A stretch of DNA of 64,000 nt from Eukaryota sp. TZLM1-RC (Eukaryota; Protista; Metamonada: BaSk clade), in the NCBI GenBank assembly GCA_040285825.1, contig JAUPSS010000003.1, positions 992,001-1,056,000 of the forward strand. Direction: 5' to 3'. Shown here one piece after another: positions 1 to 9,104 of this stretch (positions are counted from its first letter, which is position 1; each line of letters opens with the position of its first letter). Made by a program: the position numbers and the translations under genes. The notes under the pieces are model-generated. The model saw nothing but the letters and a program-made list of their open reading frames with translations, was not told where the DNA came from and searched no databases.

Positions 1-3000
1 ATTCATTTATATAACGGGTTTTGTTTATAAAAATACTACCTAGAATTTTTATTTCATGTTTGTAAGTGGTAAAGCTACACTTGGGTAGGCCCAGGTTAAT
101 TCTAAAACGTTTGACGCGTTCTAGGACCATACCTACTCTGGATAAAAATTCATCCAAAGTTGAAGCTACTATCATAACATCATCGATATATATAAATACA
201 CCTTTGGAATCAAAAATTTCCATCATCATGTTTTGGAAGACTGCAGGAACGTTCTTCAAACCAAAACAAGCCTTTTTAAAACTGATCGACATCTCTGGAA
301 TTAATACGGTAGTTTTATCAATATCCTCTTCTGCAATTTTGAGCTGCCAAAATGCCTTAGGTAAATCTAGAGTTGTTATATAATTAGCTTTACCCAGAAA
401 TTCTAAGAGGTCGCTAATCCTGAGCAAATTTGCCTCTACAGGTTTAGTTAAATCGTTTACTCCACCAATACCACTAAAATCGCCAGTTAATCGTGGTTTC
501 CTGTGATCATGGTAAATCACTAGACAGATGGGACTACTGAATTGAGACTTTGCGGGCACAGCAAGCTCATTACGGATCAATTCGTTAAAAATTTCCTCGG
601 CTACCGGTTGTTTTTCTGGGTTTAACCTTCGAGGTTTCCTTTTGACGTCATAAAATGGAATGGTCATCGGCTGACAATCAATTCCATCCGGGGTAGGTAG
701 CCCACTAAATACATCTTTGTATTTTTTGGATAGCACGACTAGGCGTTCCTCATCCCTGATGTCATCCAGGCATATTCGACAGCCCAACTCATCTAAATCA
801 TGTCTGAATGTGGAGTGCCCAAAATCATTACCTAAGTTTGATTTATTACTCAATTGTTCAATGAATCTAATTGGTTGACAAATTTTATTATCAAACTCAC
901 ATTCAGCATTTAAGACGGTGCGATGTTCGCGATCCAAATTAATATTAAAACCGTGCTTCGTGCGTAGCCCCAAGGTTTGTAATAAGTCTCTTCCGATCAA
1001 AAAATTGTTGGTACCAGGAATGATCTGGAATTCAATCCTCAAAAACACTTGAGTATCCAAGCTATCCACAATGAGAGCCAGAACACCATTTGCACATCCT
1101 AAGGTCGTGGAGCGAATACCATTTGCCGATAGGTATTCGACGGTTTATTGTGTTTGACCGTCATATTACATTTTAGAGCTAATTCCATCGATAATGCTGA
1201 GAATGCAGCTCCATTATCGATTTCGCCTTGTTTTTTTACATTGTTAATTGAGCAGTTCAACCAAAGTTTCCGGCTAGAACTTGTTTGGTCTCATGTCACC
1301 CCGGATAGTCTAACACTGTGGATAGAACGCACATAATTGGATGAATCCCTAAATTTTTTTAATGGATTTTGGTGTCTATAATTTGTATAAACTTTTCTCA
1401 TTTTGTAAATGGTATTGTTCGAATTGTGTGTAAAGTTCAAAGACGTATATTCAACTGATTTATTACTACTACTAAACATTTTTCGTTTGTCACCCGGACC
1501 ACCTCTTCGTTTTTTGTTGATTAGGTCTACCTACTACTGAGAAACATTTGTTTTCAGCGTGTCTATTTGTATTACAGATGCTACACCATTGCCCAGGAGG
1601 AATTTGCCTGGCTTGATGTTTAAGTTTACCACTACCCTTGGAATTTTTAGGGTGCATTCTTGAGGAACCTCTTGACTGGCTTAATCCCCTAAATGAAGGT
1701 TTGTTACCAAATAATATTTTTACATTTGCTAACTCCAGATTTTCAAATTCTTTCAATTTCTGAACAAAGGCTTGTCCAAGAGCATATATGACATCGCCCA
1801 GTTTACCAACGTTCCTGCTACCTTGAAAAAATTCATCAATTCAAATCCCGTAGGTATTTACGAGTTGGTCGTTAGTTTTCTTGTTGATTTCCTCTAAGAT
1901 TCTCCTAGCGGAAAAACCAACAGAAGGCTGCTCATGGGTTCTCGGCATTGCGGTTGACCGTCTTATTTTATATATAAACTGCTTTATAAATGTGTTCCAA
2001 ATCACTTCGACAGATTTTCGACTAATTTTAGAAATACCCAGTCGCGCTCAAGGCTTGATTTACCTCGGAAATGGTTTTATACTGAGTGTTTAATAACAGG
2101 AATTCCCAGATCTCATGGTCACTTGAATTAGTTCCCAAAGGCTCTTCACGACCTCCTAGACGAGTTTGCCATTGTATTAAAACGGTACCTTCGATCATTT
2201 CGCTAACATGAAGAGGGTCAATCTCATAGAACATGGTTCTAACGAAGTCATATTCATGTATAGCTTGCCCATATTTAGTGAAGAATTGAAAGGGTCTAAT
2301 AGTTCCATCGTGGTCTCTTTTAGTCTTTGCCCAGTTGGCGAAATTGACTATAAATTCCAAAATCTTCTTGGAGTCGAATCCATCGTCCAGTTTCTTCAAT
2401 TGTCTTTTTTTTTCCTCGATTTTTTGATTAATTTTTTCCTCATCGGTTACAGGTGTATCATATAACCCTGTGGAAAAGACAAGAGGATCTCTCGGTGCTG
2501 TAGGTGCTAAAGAGCTGCCTGTAGCTACCGGTATAGTTGATGAGATTGATGTATTTTGTCCAAAAGACGGAATCGCTGACATTCTTCTTCCTGGAAATGA
2601 TGCTACAGAAGGAGTTAAATACATATTGTTCGCTTCCTCCGAAGGTAGCGTTTCACTAAAATCCAGAATGTATTTCAATTTACGAGATTCGTCTTGATCT
2701 GGGAGTTTCTGGGTTTCAGGTTTAAATTCAGCACAATCAGGGGCGCTCGTAAACCCTTAAGGAATCCCTTCCACATGGTGTTTATAAAGTAAACAACTAC
2801 CCTTGATCAACACACTGTCGAGATCTCTTGGGTCGGGGTAACTATCTACCCATGCCTTGAGTTTGGCAATCGATGCGTCAGGATACACCAATTTAATCTT
2901 GTTGGGTCCGACTCGTTGTACTTTCAATTCAATGATTTTGGTTCCCTTAGTTCTAACAAAGGTTTCTTTATGATGAAATTAATATAGTATCACCTCTATA

Positions 3001-3961
3001 CGCAAAAAATCGACCTCCCAACAGCAGCAGAACGTCGATCATTCTGTCTTTTGGGTAAACATTTTCAATTAGAAAATGCCTCACCGTTACTCTGAGTAAA
3101 CGACCCTTTTGATGGTGAAAATATATCTTGGCAATCCAAAACAACCTATCCTCATACTCATCACTTCCGCGGATATGATGTTTTCCCGTGCGGAGTCGTT
3201 CATCAGGAATGGCATTCTTGTGCCAAAATGTAGGTTTCTGAGTAGCTGTTTGGTACTTTGCACGCGGTGCGTCAAAGTAACAATTTCCAGGATCTTCAGC
3301 TACAAAACTAACAGAGCTCTCTGAACATTGATCTAATCGATCCAAAAAATCAACATTTTGATCTTGTTGTTCGAGAACTAAGTCGTCCTGCGTGTATCCA
3401 CGTGAACTGCCAAATAAGAAAGGCCAACGTTTTTTTAGAAACTCTTCTCTTTTCTCTACACAAGAAGAATCCTCAATGATATTAGATTCATTCTCGATGG
3501 CAGTTACAAACTCATCATCGCTCCAATCTCTGAAATCATCAGGTGGGTTGGCGATGATGGACTGAAAGAAGTCTTCAACCACATAGGTGACTCTATCCTT
3601 CAATTCTCGACGGTACCACTCTTGAGAAGTGCGGTATTCAGTTTCCGTCCATTCAATATCAGGAGGGTCAGTAGAGGGGTTATCACCATCCCCATCTCCA
3701 GTCCCATCATTCGGGTTAGATGTTCCCGTCTGAGAGGAGGTAACAATTACAGAAGACGAGTTTTCATGAGCTTCTTTAGACGGGAAGGGAGGAGGGTCGT
3801 GTTGGAGGTATAATTTCCATCTCCTTCCGTCATTTAAAAGGGAAGCTGTTGGCTTTTCACACCAAAAGGTAACTTTAACTCATTAGGAAGAATGTTATCC
3901 GGGTCAAAGGTGTAATTTCCCATGTTACTCTCCTTACGAGGAGCATTCTTCACAAGTGAAG

Positions 3962-4108
3962 TGCTTCTCTCCTCAGAGGGAGGACTTCTCTTCCGTGAGG
4001 AAAGACTCTCCTCAGAGGGAGGACTTCTCTTCCGTGAGGAAAGACTCTCCTTAGATGGAGGACTTCTCTTCCGTGAGGAAAGACTCTCCTTAGATGGAGG
4101 AATACTCT
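3962..4108 (-). repeat. 42-bp tandem repeat (~3.5 copies) encoding SKESLSSRKRSPP-type units in the gag N-terminus
   Basis: Repeated gagggaggacttctcttccgtgaggaaagactctcc units on the + strand. Confidence 0.9.
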
Positions 4109-4163
4109 CCGTGATTGGAAAGATGTTACTGCTAACATCATGGTCGTTTAAGCCATTAATTAA

Positions 4164-4359
4164 TGTGGCCTGTGACATAATGGTAACAGCAAAAAGGTAA
4201 GATAACTTTACTAAAATTCACTGGCCCTTATAAAGGCCATCACTAGTGAAGTCTATACTAGATTAATTGTCCACAGTACAACAGGTGATATTTACTGCTA
4301 TTAGATTGTATAATTCCGAGTTGTTGTTGATTCTGTCTCCTCTAATATTGCAAATGACA
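4164..4359 (-). repeat. Putative 5' LTR of element 1 (~196 bp)
   Basis: Starts TGTCATTTGCAATATTAGAG (compare TGTTAGTCTTTACAATATTAGAG of element 3) and ends ...GGCCACA before the palindrome. The partner LTR is not in the window, so boundaries are inferred by analogy. Confidence 0.65.
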
Positions 4360-4726
4360 TTTTGGCTCAAAAAAGAAAACTTAATCCTGTAAATGGTCTT
4401 GAGTACAAAGCGAAATAAAAAAATAGAAAATATGGCAACATTTTATGACACTCACGAATTCTGTTCGCCATAATTAATAGATCTATTCGGTTCTGTCATC
4501 TAAAGAGAGAACCAGTGGTTTGAAAACAAGCTAATCGGGAGTTTCTAGAGGAACTCTTGGTTTAATGAATTTCTTTACCATATCTTTATTGATTTAAAAT
4601 TCTATCTAGTTTTCAAGATCCTCCAAACAAGCGTCACAATTACTAAACCTACTCACAGCATTTTGTTTATATTCTACAACAATAGCTAAAAGAGTTTTAG
4701 AAATCTTTGTTTGAATAGACTTAAAA

Positions 4727-7354
4727 ATGCAAAAAACAATTGTATTTAACCAGAAAGTTGGTTCTTTTTGTCCTCTTTTTGAACAAAATTTCGTAAATAA
4801 TTCCGAAGATTTAACTAATATAGCACCGAGAAATCAGTCATCCGAGAAATTAAGTAAAATTTTTGAAGACAAATGCTTTGACAACAAATGGTCCAAGGCT
4901 TTGTCAGCTTTAAGTCCCGGAGTTAAAGCATCCAACAATGAAAATACATCAGATAAACTAAAAATACTTCATCCTTATGAAGGCCCTATAATGGATCAAA
5001 ATTTTTACGGCACTTACTGGGAAAATTATCCATTGATGCCATCAGAAGTATTTTCGGTGATCAAAAAGAGACCACGCGGTAAGTCTGCCGGACTTTCTGG
5101 TATTACTATTGATCATGTACAAGCCGCCATTATTTCGTCAGAGGATTGTCTTGGTTTATTAACCAAATTTTTCAATAAAATATTGAATGGACAACTCAGA
5201 TATCCAGATGAATTAAGAAGTTCTCGTTTGACTGCACTTGTCAAAAATTCAAAAATGGATGTTCGTCCTATTGCAGTCTCTGAGAGCTTACAGAATATTT
5301 TTTCTGCGTGTTGCTTAAGCAGGTTCAATGAGAAAGCAAAAAAGATTTTATTACCCTTCCAATATGGAATTAATACCACGGATGGAGTCTCTTCAGCGAT
5401 ATTTGCTACTGATGTATTATTTCGCCAAAATGAATCCAATAATTGTATGTCATTGGATTTCAGTAATGCTTTCAATTCACTCAGTCGTCGCAGTATCCAT
5501 GGTGCTCTATTGCAATATATGCCGGAATTAATGCCGTATTTTCAATCAACATATTGCACATATTCTAATTTACATTTTGGTGATAGCATTTTGAGTTCAT
5601 CAAGTGGTGTAAAGCAAGGAGATCCGTTAGGACCTCTTTTGTTTTGTTTGGCCATTCATCCTATTTTACTGCAAATTCAAGAGATGTTTCCTTCGCTAAA
5701 GATGATTGCATATATGGATGATGTTGTGCTAATTGGTGATTTAAATATTGTGAAACAAGCAACTGTATGTTTTAAAGAATTATTTACCAAAATTGGTCTC
5801 CGACTCAATTTACTTAAATGTGTTTTGTTATCGAATTCTCCAGTTTCCACAATAGTTGTTGGTATTGAAATTCAAGCCAAATTATATTCAATTGAAGCTA
5901 TTCGTCATTTGGGTTCGTTTTTAGGAAATAATGATGAAATTACCAAAAAATTGTTTGAAAAGTTGAACTCATTTTCTGACAAAATTGACCGAATGATGAA
6001 TTTAGATATACAAAAACACATCAAATTTACCATTATAAGACTGTGTTTTAGTTCTAAATTTAATCATATATTTCGATCTACAAATCCTCTCGTCACTAGA
6101 CATTTGGCTCAGAAGTTTAATGAGTTACGTGCAAAAGTTCTGTCTCAATTACTGGGATGTAAAATGTTCCAAATTCCAGATCATGCTTACCTTAGTCCAC
6201 ATTATGGCGGTTTAGGGTGGACGAAGGCTTCTATTCTTACCTCGTGTGCTTTTGTTGGAGGATGCAGAAATGCAATCTTTGAGTTTTCCGAAAGATTTGC
6301 AGATTGGGAAGATTTATTGATGACAACGCAAAGTTACACTGTTTTTGCATTAAATGACGAAATTTCAAAAATTGATGTAGAAAAATGGGGTCGATGTTTT
6401 CCCCAATCATTCAATGGCAATATTCCAGAAAAAAATGTTTTAAATTTGAAGTACACTCTTCGAACATTACAGAAACGATTGACTGGAATGTATGAAAAAG
6501 ATCTTTATAATAATATATGCAGCTCGGCTGTTTTAAATCAAGATCTTCACTCATTGTTATTGGAAAAGGGTGTTTGTGAAAACAAGTCGTCAGATTCTTC
6601 ACTTTTTGTAACCATGGTACCACGAAGATTTGGATTGTGTGCCACTAATGAAGCATTTGTAACAAAAATGAGATTATATTTGAATATTCCCATTAATCAA
6701 TTATTATCAAAAGACAAATGTATTTGTTCGAATTCACCTCAACTCACTTTGCGCCATGCTCTGAATTGCTCTAAATTGATAACTTATCGTTCTTCATTAC
6801 ATGATGCTGTTAGAGACACTGTTTTCAATATGGCACAAACTGCAAGAATATCGTGTATCAAAGAGCCCCTGCTGAAGGAAACACTTTTTCTGAATAATTT
6901 TGGTTCTGATGATAGAGGTGATGTATACTGTGATTGGATTGATAATTCTGAAGCTATTGTTGACTTTGTCTCATGTAATGTTGCAAATGATACTTTGCTT
7001 CACAGAAGAAAACTTAATCCTGTGGCTGCTCTGGATTTTAAAGCAAAAGAGAAACATAGAAAATATGAAAAAGATATTGAAGAGGCTAATGCTGATAGAA
7101 ATACACAGCTGGTTTTTATTGCTTTCCCATTTTTGCTAAACGGAAGACTATCAGTAGAAGCAGAAATTTTTTTGAATGACTTCCAAAAAATGGTTCAAGA
7201 AAAAACAATGGAAAGATTCGATATATTTTTATGGCACTCTCGGATTCAATTTGCCATTATCAATAGATTACCTCGGTTTTTCAATCGAATTACAGAAGGT
7301 TTAGCTAGACAGCAAGCACATAAAGATTTTGTAGAGGAAATCTTGGTTCAATGA
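4727..7354 (+). CDS. Reverse transcriptase + restriction-like endonuclease polyprotein of a CRE-like non-LTR retrotransposon (family A)
   Basis: 875-aa ORF with VRPIAV, LDFSNAFN, GVKQGDPLGPLLF, AYMDD, CIC...H...C zinc motif, HDAVRD, EP...RGD...D...KHRKY RLE motifs. Confidence 0.92.
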   Translation: MQKTIVFNQKVGSFCPLFEQNFVNNSEDLTNIAPRNQSSEKLSKIFEDKCFDNKWSKALSALSPGVKASNNENTSDKLKILHPYEGPIMDQNFYGTYWENYPLMPSEVFSVIKKRPRGKSAGLSGITIDHVQAAIISSEDCLGLLTKFFNKILNGQLRYPDELRSSRLTALVKNSKMDVRPIAVSESLQNIFSACCLSRFNEKAKKILLPFQYGINTTDGVSSAIFATDVLFRQNESNNCMSLDFSNAFNSLSRRSIHGALLQYMPELMPYFQSTYCTYSNLHFGDSILSSSSGVKQGDPLGPLLFCLAIHPILLQIQEMFPSLKMIAYMDDVVLIGDLNIVKQATVCFKELFTKIGLRLNLLKCVLLSNSPVSTIVVGIEIQAKLYSIEAIRHLGSFLGNNDEITKKLFEKLNSFSDKIDRMMNLDIQKHIKFTIIRLCFSSKFNHIFRSTNPLVTRHLAQKFNELRAKVLSQLLGCKMFQIPDHAYLSPHYGGLGWTKASILTSCAFVGGCRNAIFEFSERFADWEDLLMTTQSYTVFALNDEISKIDVEKWGRCFPQSFNGNIPEKNVLNLKYTLRTLQKRLTGMYEKDLYNNICSSAVLNQDLHSLLLEKGVCENKSSDSSLFVTMVPRRFGLCATNEAFVTKMRLYLNIPINQLLSKDKCICSNSPQLTLRHALNCSKLITYRSSLHDAVRDTVFNMAQTARISCIKEPLLKETLFLNNFGSDDRGDVYCDWIDNSEAIVDFVSCNVANDTLLHRRKLNPVAALDFKAKEKHRKYEKDIEEANADRNTQLVFIAFPFLLNGRLSVEAEIFLNDFQKMVQEKTMERFDIFLWHSRIQFAIINRLPRFFNRITEGLARQQAHKDFVEEILVQ

Positions 7355-7422
7355 TAGTCGTCCCATTAGTTATGAAATAATTTAATTAAGTGTGCATGTT
7401 TAAATATTTTTTTAAAAAAAAA
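4727..7422 (+). mobile_element. RLE-type non-LTR retrotransposon, family A (5' end not defined)
   Basis: RT-RLE ORF followed by a short 3' UTR and an A-run at ~7414-7422. Confidence 0.85.
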
Positions 7423-7462
7423 CTCACTCAGCAATCTTTTCGACTTGTCGTCATCTTTTTTC

Positions 7463-8501
7463 ATGTCATCTTCTTCGCGCTCTAAACGGATAGGATCATA
7501 TCTCTTAGGTCCTAAACTTGGTGAGGGTACCTTTGGTTGTGTTCGAAAGGCCGTCCATCAACCTACAAATTCTAAAGTAGCCATCAAAGTCTTGGAGAAG
7601 TCCAAGATTGTTGATGAAGCTGATGTGAAAAGGATAACGCGAGAGATACGTATTCTACGCTCTCTCAGCCACTCACATGTAGTACGATTACTTGAAGTTA
7701 TTGACTCTCCTCGCAATCTCTACTTAGTTACAGAATACTGCAGTGGCGGAGAACTGTTTGACTACGTAGCAGCTAACCGTCGTCTCGATGAAGCGGAGGC
7801 ATGTAAAATGTTTCGTCAGTTAGTTGAGGGTGTGGACTACTGTCATCGCAAAAAGGTCTATCACCGAGACTTAAAGTTGGAGTATGTTGCATTATTTCGG
7901 TACTAATCACATAAACATCCTGATGGATTCTGAGAAGAACATTAGGATAATCGACTTTGGTCTTTCCAACAGTATTAACGGTAATGAGATGCTTAAAACT
8001 GCTTGTGGTTCACCTTGCTATGCTAGCCCTGAGATGATTGCCGGATCACGGTATGATGGGAAATCTACTGATATTTGGTCTTGTGGCATCATTCTCTTTA
8101 GTATGTTGTGTGGTTATCTTCCTTTTGAAGATCCTTCCATCCCAAATTTGTATTCTAAGATTCTCTCCGGCACCTTCACAATTCCGTCCTTTGTGTCATC
8201 TGAAGCCAGTGATCTTATTAGGAAACTCTTAACCGTGGACCCTCAACGCCGTTGCACTATTGATGGAATTCGAAATCACCCTTGGTTTAAGAAATTTAAC
8301 CAAGTCTTTGCTCCTCAAGAAGACGATCCTGATGAAGTCTTGGATGAAGATATTCTGAGAGAATTAACCTCAATTGGTATAGACTCTGAACATGTCGTTT
8401 CTTGTCTTGAAAGCAAAAAGTTCAACTCTGCAACTTCTGCCTATATGCTCTTGAGTGCAAAGAAAAGAAAAGGGCAAAGTATATCACTTTCCAAAGTGTA
8501 A
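7463..8501 (+). CDS. AMPK/SNF1-related Ser/Thr kinase with UBA-like tail; exons 7463-7881 and 7913-8501
   Basis: GEGTFG, VAIK, HRDLKLE/N, DFG, TACGSPCYASPE and DIWSCG motifs. The two ORFs join into HRDLKLENILMD only by removing 7882-7912. Confidence 0.93.
7882..7912 (+). other. 31-nt spliceosomal intron, GT...AT boundaries
   Basis: GTATGT...TACTAATCACAT; removal restores the kinase catalytic loop. Confidence 0.8.
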
Positions 8502-8950
8502 TAGATTTTTTAGTATTTGTATTAACCTTTTTTGTTTTGTATATGTGTTGAAATTAAGTTTTTGATAAATTTTGATGGTTTTGTGAACTGGAATTTTTAT
8601 TCAATTTGGATCGACACAGAAATCAGTACATTCAATCTTATAGTTAGAAAACAGTAGGTAATCCCACATTACTTGATAATTGTATTTGGAATAACTGCTG
8701 TGGCAAAATAAAATTCAAATAAATTTAATACCCAAGTTCGATTTCGTTTTTTGGTGTTTTTCAATGCAATTCACGAATGAACCAATTATTCTCACATTCA
8801 AGCTATAACAAGGAAGTAAGCAGAGCAAGCTTTAGTAGACAGGGGCATGTACAAGCATCGAGTCCAACTTTTTGGTATTTGGAGCATTTTTGAAACAATT
8901 TGGAGTTTGAAGAAAAATTTGGTTGGGAAATTTTTGATGCAAAAATGAAG

Positions 8951-9104
8951 TGTTAGTCTTGAATAGTATTTATAGTTAATAGTTTAGTTATTAGTATTCC
9001 GCCTGTTAGCTTAAGAAGAGAGAATACAATTCCTCTTCGTAATAAATTACACTTCTGTTACTCTACATTGTATGTCAAACAATAACCAACAGCCAAGACC
9101 ATCA
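8951..9104 (+). repeat. 5' LTR of element 2
   Basis: Direct repeat of 16193-16346. Confidence 0.97.

Larger units (their letters stand above)
1..4359 (-). mobile_element. Ty3/Gypsy-like LTR retrotransposon (element 1), degenerate, 3' part outside window
   Basis: Minus strand shows gag-like ORF pieces (3834-4178, 2968-3603, 2028-2678), a CCHC knuckle CSICNTNRHAENKC (1490-1756), protease-like IDNGA (~1210-1225), and RT motifs KPRLTGDF, TLDLPKAFWQL and FIYIDD (~180-500). Several stops and frameshifts; homologous to elements 2 and 3. Confidence 0.9.

Noticed and set aside
66-2697. Plus-strand ORFs over element 1 (and similar antisense ORFs elsewhere)
   Set aside because: Antisense shadows of genuine coding sequence on the other strand.
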